Source: an uncultured Acidobacteriota bacterium
GTDB lineage: Bacteria > Acidobacteriota > Thermoanaerobaculia > UBA5066 > Gp7-AA6
Assembly: GCA_963723535.1 (NCBI GenBank)
Contig: CAVRRE010000009.1
Location: forward strand, 213,297 to 277,296
Direction: 5' to 3'
DNA: 64,000 bases
Below the pieces are notes generated by a model. That model saw only the letters and a program-made list of their open reading frames with translations. It ran no database searches and was not told the origin of the DNA. This document shows, piece by piece, positions 1 to 10,818 of the stretch (position 1 is its first letter; each line of letters starts with the position of its first letter). Both the position numbers and the translations under genes were made by a program.

Positions 1-431
1 GCCGCGCGGCATGCTCTACTTCGACGAGTACGTCGGCCCGGCGCGCGCCGAGTGGACGTGGCGGCACCTGCTTCGCTGGAACCGCCGGTACTCGGCGCCT
101 CCCGCGCGCGGTTCGGCGGACGCGGGTCATCCGGCGGCCGATCAACCGGGAGGATCCGACCGAGGCGGTCGAGTCGTCGGGCATCCTGCCGGCGGTCGCG
201 CGGCACTTCCGCGTGCTCGCGCGCCGCGACTACGGCGGGAATCTCCTCGCGCCGATCTACCCGAGCCTGCGCCGGCCGGACCAGGCCGAGGGCCCGCCGC
301 CGCGCTCTTCGACGCGGCGGTCGAGGCGCTGCTCGCGCGGGAGGAGCGTCTCCTCGCGCGCGAGGCCGGCGCCTCGTACCACGCCGTCGTCGTGGCGGAA
401 CCGCGTAGAGGGCGGGGGCAGTCGACCCTAA
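1..431 (+). CDS. class I SAM-dependent methyltransferase-like protein, C-terminal fragment (5' end outside window)
   Basis: Stitching three + frames gives LYFDEYVGPARAEW, EDPTEAVESSGILPAVARHFRVLARRDYGGNLLAPIYPSL and ALFDAAVEALLAREERLLAREAGASYHAVVVAEP. This pattern resembles the C-terminal region of a methyltransferase family as I recall it. At least two frame changes are needed. The stop is taken as TAA 429-431. Confidence 0.4.
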   Translation, partial: RAACSTSTSTSARRAPSGRGGTCFAGTAGTRRLPRAVRRTRVIRRPINREDPTEAVESSGILPAVARHFRVLARRDYGGNLLAPIYPSLRRPDQAEGPPPRSSTRRSRRCSRGRSVSSRARPAPRTTPSSWRNRVEGGGSRP

Positions 432-993
432 GCTTCGGCAGGAGACGGGGAAGGCGTACTGTACTGCTTCGGGATCGGGTTCTCGGCCGTCTCGTCGGTC
501 CAGATGGCGTTCGCGATCCACCAGCGCTTTCCGTCCCAGAAGAGCTCGATCGAGTTGATGCCCCGCTCGATGACGGGCCCGTCCATCGTCCGCCGCGCCT
601 CGTACGTGCTCCAGACGTGCGCGATCGGGCCGAAGCGCTCCGTGACCCGGTGGATCTCGTCCTCGAAGAACCCGTCCTTCTCGAGGCGACGCCGAGGTCT
701 CGGCGAACGTCTGGTGGTCGACGATCCGGGGCGTGATCTTTCCGTCCTTCTCGACGTCGATCGGCACGAAGCGGATGTCCTTGATGTAGAGCGTCCGGTC
801 GCGCGCCCAGTCGCGCGGCTGGCCCTTCGGGCCCGAGACCACCTCGTAGAACGCCTTGATCATGCCGTCGATCGTCGCGACGTCCTCCGGCCGCGGCGGC
901 ACCGTCTTGATGTCGAGCTTCGGCGCGGCTCGCGGTCTGTCCCGCCGCGACGGTGGCCGCGGCGAGCAGAACCGTTCCCATCCACGTTCTCAT
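428..993 (-). CDS. secreted NTF2/SnoaL-like (DUF4440-like) protein
   Basis: ATG at 993 is preceded by AAGGAGAA. The signal peptide is MRTWMGTVLLAAATVAAGQTA. Stitched continuation: AAPKLDIKTVPPRPEDVATIDGMIKAFYEVVSGPKGQPRDWARDRTLYIKDIRFVPIDVEKDG... and ...LEKDGFFEDEIHRVTERFGPIAHVWSTYEARRTMDGPVIERGINSIELFWDGKRWWIANAIWTDE, ending at TAG 428-430. Two frame changes. The family call is tentative. Confidence 0.5.
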
Positions 994-1826
994 CCGTTCT
1001 CCTTTTCGTCGATCGACGACGCCGGCGTATCCGACGACGCTCGAAGTATCTCCCGTCTCGTCCCCGCTGTCCCGGCGCGCCACGATCGCGGCCGGACCCG
1101 CGCCGGCCGCGCGCGCGGCGAAGAGCAGGGCGGTCGCCGGCAGGAAGCCGCACATCGAGATGGATTCGGTCAGGACCGTCCGGAAGAGCCCTTCGGCGTC
1201 GAGGGACTGCGACCCGGGCGAGGGCGCGGTCGTCCTTGGACGTCCCGACCTCGCGGCTCTCGTAGTGGTTCATGTCGGAGGAGGCGAGCAGGAGCGGAGG
1301 CTCGGCTTCTTCGGCGCGGAGGGTCGCGAAGGCTTCGCCGATCTCCCGGCAGAGGGCGAGCCGCGGCTCGCCCAGGCAGATCGGCACGAAGGACACGTCG
1401 GGCCGCAGGACCTGGAGAAACGGCAGCTGGACCTCGAGGGAGTGCTCGCGGCGGTGCGCCTCGGCGTCCTCCTCGAGCGACGGCGCCAGCTCGGCCATCC
1501 GCCCGGCGAGCCGGCGGTCGACCGGCACGTCGCCGAGCGGCGTCCTCCACGCGTCGGACGGGTCCAGCGCGGCGGGCGCGCCGCGGCCCGTGTGGTTGGG
1601 GCACAGGACGACGCAGGTCGCCGGAATTCGCAGCCGGGCGTACGCCGCGGCGGCGACGGGGCCCGAGTAGACGTAGCCGGCGTGGGGGACGATCGCGCCG
1701 AAGGCCGCGCGGGGAGGCTGGCGCCGGCGTCCGTCGCGCGCGAGACGCGGCGCGCACGTCCCGGTCGAGACGGTCGGGCCGGGCGTCGTAGAAGGCACCG
1801 GCGACGGCGGGAGGACGGACGCGCAT
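990..1826 (-). CDS. amrB: AmmeMemoRadiSam system protein B (MEMO1 family)
   Basis: MRVRPPAVAGAFYDARPDRL (ORF 1170-1826), then PHAGYVYSGPVAAAAYARL...VLCPNHTGRG...HSLEVQLPFLQVLRPDVSFVPICLG...LLLASSDMNHYES (frame of ORF 860-2518), then MCGFLPATALLFAARAAGA...RRDSGDETGDTSSVVGYAGVV (ORF 142-1155). Three frame changes. The stop is inferred as a TGA overlapping the next ATG. Confidence 0.8.
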
Positions 1827-1854
1827 CGGTGCGGATCGTCCCCGCCGACGGCCC

Positions 1855-2687
1855 TCAGTTCACGAGAAGGGAGGCTTCGGCCGCCGCGCCGGCCAGCTCC
1901 ACCTTGATCGTGGCGGCGCCGGCCTTGTGGCCCGTGGCGACGCCGGAAGCCCCGACGGTCGCGACGGCCGGATCCGAGGACCGGAACATCGCCGCGACTT
2001 CGGGAATCGCCTGGCCGTCGGGACCGAAGGCCGTGACCACGAAGCGCTGGGAATCGCCGACCCGGACCAGCGCGGTGGCCGGCCGCAGCTCGAGCCGCGC
2101 GATCGGGCGCACGCTCGACACGGACTTCGCAGGCTCCCTGGACGTCGCCGACCCGGGCCACGACGTTGGTCGTGCCCGCGGCGACCGACGTCACGAAACC
2201 GGCGTCCGAAACGGTGGCGATCTTGGGGTCGGCCGAGGACCAGACGGGCGCGATGTCGACCTTCGTCTGTTTCGAATCGAGGACCTGCCAGGTCAGGGGG
2301 ATGGAGGTTCCGGCGGGACCGATGAGCGAGAGGGAGGGGCTGCCGAACTCGATCGAGCTGACGTCGACGACTTCGACCGGAACCTGCGCGCTGACGTCCT
2401 CGTACGCCGCCGTCACGGTCGCCTTGCCGGCTTTCTTCGCGACCACCCGGCCGCCGGCGTCGACATCGGCCGTGGCGCGGTCCGAGACTGGTCCAGCGAC
2501 GGGAGTCTTGCCTTCCATCGGCTGGCCCTTCCTGATCGAGCACGCGGACGGTCAGGCGCTGACCGCGTTCGAGGCCGTAGATCGTGAGCTTCTTGGGAGA
2601 GATCTCGATCGTGGCGGGCTTGCGGGAGCAGGCGGCGGCGACGAGGGTCACCCCGAGGACCGCGAGCGCGCGGGAACTCAAACGCAT
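1855..2687 (-). CDS. lipoprotein with bacterial Ig-like (Big_2) domains
   Basis: MRLSSRALAVLGVTLVAAAC lipobox with GGAGG about 8 nt upstream of ATG 2687. Big_2-like segments follow: ...KAGKATVTAAYEDVSAQVPVEVV..., SSADPKIATVSDAGFVTSVAAGTTNVVARVGD..., and SSDPAVATVGASGVATGHKAGAATIKVELAG. Two frame changes. Confidence 0.7.
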
Positions 2688-2763
2688 CCGACTCACCTCC
2701 GGGGAGATTGTACCGGCGAGAACCTGAAGTCAGCCCGAACTTTCACGCGGCGAGGCCGCATCG

Positions 2764-3432
2764 TCACATCCAGCGCAGGATCCGGCGGGCGCGCCGTTCG
2801 ACGCGTCCGGGATGCTTCACGGGATCGTAGATGCGAGGCGAGGGGATCACGGCGGCCAGGGTGGCGGCCTCTTCCCGCGAGACGTCCGCGGCGGATTTGC
2901 CGAGATAGCGCCGGGAGGCGGCCTCGACGCCGAACGTCCGCGGCCCGAACTCGATCACGTTCAGGTACAGCTCGAGGATCCGCTTCTTCGGCAGCGTCGC
3001 CTCCAGGCGGTGGGCGATCGCGACCTCCCGGAGCTTGCGCCAGGGAGTCCGGGCCGGCGACAGGTAGAGGTTCTTGGCGAGCTGCTGCGTGATGGTCGAG
3101 CCGCCGACCTTCAGATCGCCCTTCTCCCAGTTCTTCTCGAGGGCGCCCCGCATGGCCTCCCAGTCGACGCCCGCGTGCTCCCAGAAGCGGGCGTCCTCGG
3201 CGACGACGACCGCGCGGCGCAGCTCGGGGGAGATGCGGGAGAGAGGAACGGGCTTCCAGTCGAGGGTCGCTCGCTTGCCCTCCCGGACGAGCTTCGCCTT
3301 GCGCCGCTCCATGAACGCGGTCGTCTTCGGCCAGCCCGTGGCGAGCGGCGCGACGTCGGGCAGCGTGGCCCAAAACAAAACCGCCGCGGCGGCAACCGCG
3401 GCGGCGGTGAGCAGGACGAGGCGGCGAACCAC
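2764..3432 (-). CDS. mtgA: monofunctional biosynthetic peptidoglycan transglycosylase
   Basis: Intact 223-codon frame from GTG 3432. It has an N-terminal TM segment (LVLLTAAAVAAAAVLFWA) and GT51 motifs: VVVAEDARFWEHAGVDWEA, GGSTITQQLAKNLYL, RKLREVAIAHRLE, KKRILELYLNVIEFG. Confidence 0.85.
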   Translation of the reverse strand: MVRRLVLLTAAAVAAAAVLFWATLPDVAPLATGWPKTTAFMERRKAKLVREGKRATLDWKPVPLSRISPELRRAVVVAEDARFWEHAGVDWEAMRGALEKNWEKGDLKVGGSTITQQLAKNLYLSPARTPWRKLREVAIAHRLEATLPKKRILELYLNVIEFGPRTFGVEAASRRYLGKSAADVSREEAATLAAVIPSPRIYDPVKHPGRVERRARRILRWM

Positions 3433-3448
3433 GAAGCGGAGGCGCTTC

Positions 3449-4792
3449 CTACGACTTCGCGGCCGTGATGCCCGGCGCAGCTTCCGGATACCTTCGTCCG
3501 CCTCCTCCTTCGTGAGGATGAGATGCGGGCGGAAGCGGACGGCGCTCGCGCCCGAGGCGAGGCCCATCAGGCCGTTCTCGAGGCAGGCGGCGAGCGTGCG
3601 GTCGCGCGTGGCCTTGTCCGGCAGGTCGAAGGCGAGGAAGAGCCCGCGGCCCCGGACGTTCGTCATGACGCCGGGGAATTCCGTCGCGAGCTCGGCGAGG
3701 CGGCCCTGCAGGTAGTCGCCGACGACGCGGGCGTTCTCGATCAGGTTCTCCTGGGCGATGATCTCGAAGTACTTCGCGCGAGCGGATCATGTCGACGAGG
3801 TTGCCGCCCCAGGTCGAGTTGATGCGGGAGGAGACCTTGAAGACGTTGTCCGGGACGTCGTCGATCCGGTGGTTCGACGCGAAGCCGCAGACCTGCGTCT
3901 TCTTGCCGAAGGCGAACATGTCGGGCTCGACGCCCATCTGCTGCCAGCACCACATCGAGCCGGTCAGCCCGACGCCCGTCTGGACCTCGTCGAAGATGAG
4001 GAGGAACTCGAGCTCGTCGGCGAGCGAGCGCAGGCGGCGGAAGAGCTCGGGGCGGAAGTGGTTGTCGCCGCCCTCGCCCTGGATCGGCTCGATGATCAGC
4101 GCCGCGATGTCGTCGGGCCGGGCGGCGCAGAAGGCCCGGATCTCCTTCTCCACGGCCTCCTCGGCGGCGGCGACCTCGCGCACGACCTGCTCGGTCACCG
4201 GGAAGGAGAGCCGGGGGCAGGACAGCCGCGGCCAGTCGAACTTCGGGAAGTACTGGGTCTTGCGCGGGTCGGCGGTGTTCGTCATCGAGAGCGAGTAGCC
4301 CGACCGGCCGTGGAACGCGTTCTGGAAGTGCAGGATCTGCGTTCCCTTCTCGCCCTTGCCCTGCGCCAGGTTCTTGCGGATCTTCCAGTCGAACGCGGTC
4401 TTGAGCGTGTTCTCGATCGCGAGCGTGCCGCCCTCGACGAAGAACATGTGGTCGCTGTGGCTCGGGGGCACGGCGAGGTCCGAGAAGGTCTCGACGAATC
4501 GGGCGAAGTGCTCGGTGTAGATGTCGCTCGTCGAGGGCTTCGTCAGGGCCGCTTCCATGAGGGCTTCCCGGAACTCCGGGTCCTGCATCTTCGGGTGGTT
4601 GTAGCCGACCGGGATCGTCGCGAAGCAGGAGAAGAAGTCGAGGATCGGCCGGTCGCTCCGCGCGTCGTAGAGGTAGGAGCCGCGGCTCCGCTCCATGTCC
4701 ATGACGACGTGGTACCCGTCGACGAGGATGTGGCGCGAGAGGACGTCGAGGACGTTCTTCGGCGAGAGCTGCTCGCGGGTCAGGGTCGGCAT
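3449..4792 (-). CDS. lat: L-lysine 6-transaminase (class III aminotransferase)
   Basis: ATG 4792 is preceded by GAGGAG. Sequence: MPTLTREQLSPKNVLDVLSRHILVDGYHVVMDMERSRGSYLYD...IIEPIQGEGGDNHF...FDEVQTGVGLTGSMWCWQ...SSRINSTWGGNLVDM. It changes frame near 3780 into ...VMTNVRGRGLFLAFDLPD...RFRPHLILTKEEADEGIRKL. The exact 3' end (3449 or a little upstream) is unresolved. Confidence 0.8.
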   Translation of the reverse strand: MPTLTREQLSPKNVLDVLSRHILVDGYHVVMDMERSRGSYLYDARSDRPILDFFSCFATIPVGYNHPKMQDPEFREALMEAALTKPSTSDIYTEHFARFVETFSDLAVPPSHSDHMFFVEGGTLAIENTLKTAFDWKIRKNLAQGKGEKGTQILHFQNAFHGRSGYSLSMTNTADPRKTQYFPKFDWPRLSCPRLSFPVTEQVVREVAAAEEAVEKEIRAFCAARPDDIAALIIEPIQGEGGDNHFRPELFRRLRSLADELEFLLIFDEVQTGVGLTGSMWCWQQMGVEPDMFAFGKKTQVCGFASNHRIDDVPDNVFKVSSRINSTWGGNLVDMIRSREVLRDHRPGEPDRERPRRRRLPAGPPRRARDGIPRRHDERPGPRALPRLRPAGQGHARPHARRLPRERPDGPRLGRERRPLPPASHPHEGGGGRRYPEAAPGITAAKS

Positions 4793-4949
4793 GGTGAGCT
4801 CCTCAGAAGGCGAAAAAAGGGCGAAAGAGCGGGCCGGAGAGGGAACGCTAGCAGGAGGCGGCCGCATTCCGTCAATCCGACCACCAGAGGGAACGGCCGC
4901 GCCGGTAGGGCACGCTGTCCGAAGGACAGCGGATTGGGGGAGGCCCGCG

Positions 4950-6098
4950 TCAGCCGGAAGGGCCGGGATCCGGGCGTCCTCGAGGCTGGCGGCGGTGCAG
5001 CGGTCCTTCCCGTGCTCCTTGGCGCGGTATAGGGCCGTGTCGGCGGCGCGGAGGAGCTCGTTCTTCTGCTGCTCGACCGAGGCGCCCGGCGTCGCGTGGG
5101 AGCGGATCGAGGAGAGGCCGAGCGACGCCGTGATGACCCCGTGGAGGTTGAGCGCCGGCTCGTTGAATCCGTAGGGCCGGAAGAGGAACGTCGCGCTGCG
5201 GATGGCGACTCGGATCGCCTCGGCGACCTCGAGGCCTTCCTGGAGGTCGTGGCCCGGCAGGATCAGGACGAACTCGTCTCCGCCGTAGCGCGTGAGCGTC
5301 GCGCGCTCGTCGGTGACGGTGCGCCGCAGGATGTAGCCGACCTCGCGGAGCACCTGGCTTCCCGCGAGGTGGCCGTGGCGATCGTTGACCGACTTGAGGT
5401 TGTCGAGGTCGAGGAAGAGGACCGAGAGGTCGCCGCCGTCGCGCGAGATCCGCGAGAGCTCCTGCGTCAGGCGGAGATGGAGGTAGCGCTCGTTGTAGAG
5501 CCCCGTCAGTCCGTCGCGCTTGGCGACCTCGTACGCGCGGCGCGCATCGAGCAGGTTCTGGATCGAGATCGAGGCGTAGTCCGCGAAGATTTCGAGGAGC
5601 CGCCGGTCCTTCTCGCGGAATCCTCCGGGCCCCGCGCGGTTCACGAGCTCGAGCACGCCGCAGACGGAGGACTCGATCCGGACCGGCACGCAGAGGACGG
5701 ACTTGGTCTGCGAACCCGTCGCTCAGGTCGAGCGTGGGGTAGAAGAACGGATCGTCGACGACGTCGTCGGTCATGTACGCGACGCCGGTGGCGTAGACGT
5801 GGCCGACGATGCCGACGCGCGCGTTCATGCGCTTGCCGAGCCGGGACTCGCCGTGCGCGCCGAAGGTCGCGATGAACACGAGCTCGTTCTCGAGCCGGTC
5901 GTCGGAGTTTTTGGTCATCGGATCGTCGAGAAGGATCGATCCGGCCTCGGACGGCACGAATTCGTTCGCCTTCTGGAGGATCTCGCGCAGGAATCGGTCG
6001 ATCTCGATCTCGCCGGTATAGGCGTAGTACGCCTTGTGCCTCTCGAGGAAGTTTTCGAGTCGGCGATTCTCCAGCGTATTGACTTGCAAAGCGCCCAT
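4950..6098 (-). CDS. GAF-domain diguanylate cyclase (GGDEF)
   Basis: The N-terminal GAF-like region is MGALQVNTLENRRLENFLERHKAYY...GIVGHVYATGVAYMTDDVVDDPFFYP. The frame changes near 5700 into ...GLTGLYNERYLHLRL...VLFLDLDNLKSVNDRHGHLAGSQVL...RYGGDEFVLILPG...ALYRAKEHGKDR. No in-frame stop precedes lat, so the 3' end is approximate. Confidence 0.8.
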   Translation of the reverse strand: MGALQVNTLENRRLENFLERHKAYYAYTGEIEIDRFLREILQKANEFVPSEAGSILLDDPMTKNSDDRLENELVFIATFGAHGESRLGKRMNARVGIVGHVYATGVAYMTDDVVDDPFFYPTLDLSDGFADQVRPLRAGPDRVLRLRRARAREPRGARRIPREGPAAPRNLRGLRLDLDPEPARCAPRVRGRQARRTDGALQRALPPSPPDAGALADLARRRRPLGPLPRPRQPQVGQRSPRPPRGKPGAPRGRLHPAAHRHRRARDAHALRRRRVRPDPAGPRPPGRPRGRRGDPSRHPQRDVPLPALRIQRAGAQPPRGHHGVARPLLDPLPRDAGRLGRAAEERAPPRRRHGPIPRQGAREGPLHRRQPRGRPDPGPSG

Positions 6099-6182
6099 CC
6101 CGATCCAAAAAATTCTACCATCTGATAGCCTCGTTCGCCGTGCTCTCGAAGCGTGCCGATGCCGTCACAGCATGAGCGATGA

Positions 6183-7022
<840 letters not shown>

Positions 7023-7040
7023 GCGCGCCCGGAGTCGCGC

Positions 7041-8669
7041 AAGGGCGCGCTCGAAATCGTCCCTCTCGGAGGCGTCGGCGAGTTCGGAAAGAACGTTCTC
7101 TGGCTGCGATGCGAAGGCGCGAGCATCCTCGTCGACGTCGGTGTCTCGTTTCCGGACGAAACGTTCCCGGGCGTCGATCGGATCGCGCCGGACTTCGCCG
7201 CGATCTCGGCGCGAGCGGATCGAAGCCGTCTTTCTGACGCACGGCCACGAAGACCACGTCGGCGCCCTCCCGTACCTGCGCGAATGGTGCGACGCTCCGG
7301 TGTACGGCTTCCCGTTCACGCTCGCGATGGCCCGCCGGCGGCTCGAGGAGGCCGCGCTCGCCGCTCGCCGGCCTCGTCGAGGCTCGCGGCCGCGAGACGA
7401 TCGTGGCCGGTCCCTTCCGCGTCACGTTCTTCCGCGTCTCGCACTCCGTTCCGGACTCGGCGGCCGTGCTCATCGAAGCCGGCGGCGCGCGGCGTCGTTC
7501 ACTCCGGCGACTTCAAGCTCGACGACGATCCGCCGGACGGCGAGACGACCGACCGCGAAGGGATCGCGGCGGCCGTGGGAGCGGGCGTGGACCTCGCTCT
7601 CGTCGATTCGACGAACGCCGAGAGGCCGGGGCACTCGCTCTCCGAACGGGCCGCCGGCGAGGGCCTCCGCTCCGCGCTGCGGGGCGCCCGCGGGCGCGTG
7701 ATCCTCACGACGTTCTCGAGCCACGTCGCCCGCCTCGCCCAGGGCATCGACGCCGGCCTCTCGGTCGGCCGCCGCGTCGCGATGCTCGGGCGCAGCATGC
7801 GCGCGGTGGCGGAGATCGCCGAGCGCTTCGGGCGGCTGCGTCTCCCGCTGGGCTCGCGCCTCGGCGCCGCGGATCTGCGCCAGACGTCTCCCGAGCGGCT
7901 CCTCTGCCTGACGTCGGGGAGCCAGGGGGAGCCCGGCTCCGCCCTCTACCGCCTGGCGCTCGGAGAGCACACCGACCTGGAGCTTTCGGAGGGCGACCTC
8001 GTCCTCCTCTCGGCGCGCACGATCCCGGGCCACGAGCGCTCGGTCAACCGGATGTGCGATCACCTCGTGCGCCGCGGCGCGCGGATCGTCCGCGAGTCGG
8101 ATCCTCCGATCCACGTCTCCGGCCACGCCCACGCGGGCGAGATCGCCGAGTGGCTGCGGCTGATCCGGCCTCGCGCCGTCATGCCCGTGCACGGCGACCG
8201 GCGGATGCTCGTCGCGGCCGCCGAGGTCGCGCGCGCCGCGGGCGTGCCCGGCGATCGCGTCGCGCTGCTCGACAACGGCGACCGGCTGGTGCTCGAGAGC
8301 GGCGCCTGCGGATCGAGCCGGCGGCCGTTCCGTGCGGCACGGTGTTCCTCGACGACCGCACCGAGGCCGTCGATCCCGACGTCGTGCGCGAGCGCCGGCA
8401 TCTGGCGGCGGAGGGCGTCGTCGTCGTGCTCGTGCGCGGCGACGACGTCGACGTCGTGTCGCGGGGAGTGGCGGCGGACGAGGCGGCGCTGGCCGAGGAG
8501 GTCTCGCGGGCCGCCCGCGGCGGTGCTGGGCCGGGCGACGAGCGAAGAGCGCGGCGACGCGGAATGGCTGCGCGCCGAGATCGCGCTCGCGGCTCGCCGG
8601 GCCTGCCGCCGCGCGCTCGGGCTGCGGCCCGTGATCGTGCCCGGTCCTCCTGTGAGCCGGCGCCGTTGA
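7041..8669 (+). CDS. rnj: ribonuclease J (metallo-beta-lactamase/beta-CASP)
   Basis: LEIVPLGGVGEFGKNVLWLRCEGASILVDVGVSFPDE...IEAVFLTHGHEDHVGALPYL...HSGDFKLDDDP...VDSTNAERPGHSLSE...RVILTTFSSHVARL...LTSGSQGEPGSAL...IHVSGHAHAGE...MPVHGD. No start codon is visible in frame, so the 5' end is approximate. Several frame changes. Confidence 0.8.
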   Translation, partial: KGALEIVPLGGVGEFGKNVLWLRCEGASILVDVGVSFPDETFPGVDRIAPDFAAISARADRSRLSDARPRRPRRRPPVPARMVRRSGVRLPVHARDGPPAARGGRARRSPASSRLAAARRSWPVPSASRSSASRTPFRTRRPCSSKPAARGVVHSGDFKLDDDPPDGETTDREGIAAAVGAGVDLALVDSTNAERPGHSLSERAAGEGLRSALRGARGRVILTTFSSHVARLAQGIDAGLSVGRRVAMLGRSMRAVAEIAERFGRLRLPLGSRLGAADLRQTSPERLLCLTSGSQGEPGSALYRLALGEHTDLELSEGDLVLLSARTIPGHERSVNRMCDHLVRRGARIVRESDPPIHVSGHAHAGEIAEWLRLIRPRAVMPVHGDRRMLVAAAEVARAAGVPGDRVALLDNGDRLVLESGACGSSRRPFRAARCSSTTAPRPSIPTSCASAGIWRRRASSSCSCAATTSTSCRGEWRRTRRRWPRRSRGPPAAVLGRATSEERGDAEWLRAEIALAARRACRRALGLRPVIVPGPPVSRRR

Positions 8670-9981
8670 GGCGGGCGGAGGCGCTTCTCGCCGGCGCCGT
8701 CGTGCTGCGGATGGCGTTTCACGCGGTCTATCTGCCGGCCTTCGAGGGGCCCGACGAGCCGCAGCATCTCGCGCGCGATGCTGCGACTTCGCGCGGCGGC
8801 CCCTCGGGCGAGGCGCTGGCGGGCCGATGGGTCGACGCCGACGTCCTCGCCTCCGTCGCTGTCCTATCCGTGCCCGCGACCGGAGCACGGCTGCCCGCCG
8901 TACGGCGAGGCGCCGGGCGCCTTCAACCTGCGTGCGGAGCTCCGCCGCCCCGGCGCGCCCGGCGCGCTCGCATTCCCAACGAGGAGGCCAAGCAGCCTCC
9001 GCTCTTCTACGCCGCGAGCCGGACTGGGCCTCGCGCCTGCTGGCGCGCCGCGGTGAGCCCGGCGGCGCGCTGCTCGCCGTGCGCCTCTTCAACGTGCTGC
9101 TGGTCGGCGCTGGCGCTCTTCGGGCCTCTGCGGTCGGTCTTCCGCGAGCTCCGCCCGGCGTCGCGCGCGCCGGGCCTCCTCGCCTGCTGACTCCCGGGCG
9201 CCTGCGAGGCGTTCGCGCGATGCTCCAACGACGCCGCGGTGTTTCTGTGGGCGTCGCTCGTCGCTCGTCGGCGCTCGAACGGCGCGTGGCGTCCGTGGGC
9301 GATCGCCGCTGCTGCTCGCGGCCGGGCCGCTGCTCAAGCTGACGGCGCTACCCGTCGTCGCGCTTACGCGGTCGGCGTGCTCTGGCGGAGAAGCGAACGC
9401 GGCGCGGCCGCGTCGCGCGGCGGCGCTCGCATCGATCGCTGGCGTTGCCGCTGCAGGCGGGCTGCGGCGGCATGGGGCTGCGCCGCTCGGCTCCGGCGAT
9501 CCGTCGGGGCGCGCCGGCGATTTCCGACACGCCCGGCGAAGTGGCTGCCTGGGCGCTCGCGCGTACGCGTATGCGTCGTCAAGGCGCCATTCTGGGCGGG
9601 CGGCTGGCACAATTTCGCGTCCGCCGGCGCTGGCTCGCCGCTGCTACGGGCGCTTCTGGCTCGCCGCGCTCCTCGCCTCGCGCCGTCGCCCGCATCCCGC
9701 GCCGGCTCCTTCCGCTCGCCGCCGGCGTGCTCGTCGCGCTCGCCGGCACGGTCGCGTACGGCGTGTCGATCCGAACCGAGCTACTACGGGGTCTGGGGCG
9801 GGTCGGCGGCTGGTACGTCTGGGGCTGGGCGCCCGTGGCTGGCGTCGGCGCGGCGGCCGATCTTCGCAGAGTCGACCGGCGATTCGTGAGGCCTCCTGCT
9901 CTGCGGCCGAGTGCGTCGTTCGTCGTCGCGGCGAACGTCGTCTGGTTCGCGACGCGCCGGCTGCCGTCTACGTCCGGGTGA
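8666..9981 (+). CDS. polytopic membrane protein, GT-C/DUF2142-like (putative glycosyl/mannosyl transferase)
   Basis: TTG 8666 overlaps the rnj stop. Pieces include LRRAEALLAGAVVLRMAFHAVYLPAFEGPDEPQHLAR, QPPLFYAA, LLAVRLFNVLLVG, NDAAVFLWASL, LLLAAGPLLKLTALPVVA and GGWYVWGWAPVAGV. Heavily frame-shifted. The family call is tentative. Confidence 0.4.
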
Positions 9982-10816
9982 TAGGGTGCGCCCGCGATGA
10001 GTGGCTCGACGCGGCGCTCCTGGGACTGATCCAGGGCCTGACGGAGTTCATCCCGGTCTCGTCCGACGGCCATCTCTCGGCGGCCGAGATGCTGATGCCC
10101 GGGTTCGGACAGGTCGGGCTGCTCTTCGACGTCATGCTCCACCTCGGAACGCTGACGGCGATCGTCGTCTACTACCGGGAGCTTCTCGCGCGACGAGGTC
10201 TCCGGCCTCGCCGCATCCGACCCGACGGAGCGGCGATCGCGCATGGCGTCTCGCGATGCTCCTGTTCGCGGCCACGGTGCCGACGGCGATCATCGGCCTG
10301 CTCCTGCGGCCCGCCGTCGAGACCACGAAGCTCGATCCGCGGTTCGTGGGAGCGATGGAGATCGTGACCGGGCCTCTACCTCCGCTGTCGTACTTCCGCC
10401 GGGAGGGCCGCAAGGACCGCGACACGATGCCGTACCTCGATGCCGCCGTGATCGGCGTGGCGCAGGGATTCGCGGTGCTGCCCGGCCTGTCGCGGTCGGC
10501 CTCGACGATCGCCGTCGGACTGCTGCTGGGGCTCACGGCGCGCTGGGCGGCGGACTTCACGTTCCTGCTGGCGATTCCGGCGATCGTCGGCGCGGTCGGC
10601 CTCGAGATCGTCTCGGCGTTCCGGCACGAAGGAGCGGCGTTCTTCGCCACGTCCGACTTCGGAAAGTACCTCCTGGGCGCGGCGATCGCCGGGGTCACGG
10701 GCTACTTCACGATCGGATTCCTGATCCGGCTGGTCGCGACCCGGAAGGTCCACCTCTTCGCGATCTACTGCTTCCTCTTCGGTCTCGCGCTGATCCTCCT
10801 GTTTCCGGGAAGATGA
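9978..10816 (+). CDS. uppP: undecaprenyl-diphosphate phosphatase
   Basis: LDAALLGLIQGLTEFIPVSSDGHL...LFDVMLHLGTLTAIVVYYRE, then ...LLFAATVPTAIIGLLL...DAAVIGVAQGFAVLPGLSRSASTIAVGLLLG...FTFLLAIPAIVGA...GYFTIGFLIRLV...FAIYCFLFGLALILLF. One or two frame changes. Confidence 0.85.
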
Positions 10817-10818
10817 CG

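Noticed and set aside
2764-3666. 300-aa ORF suggesting an aminotransferase-MtgA fusion
   Set aside because: The N-terminal roughly 70 residues are the C-terminus of lat read in the same frame. mtgA has its own GTG at 3432, giving an intact 223-codon gene with a TM anchor.
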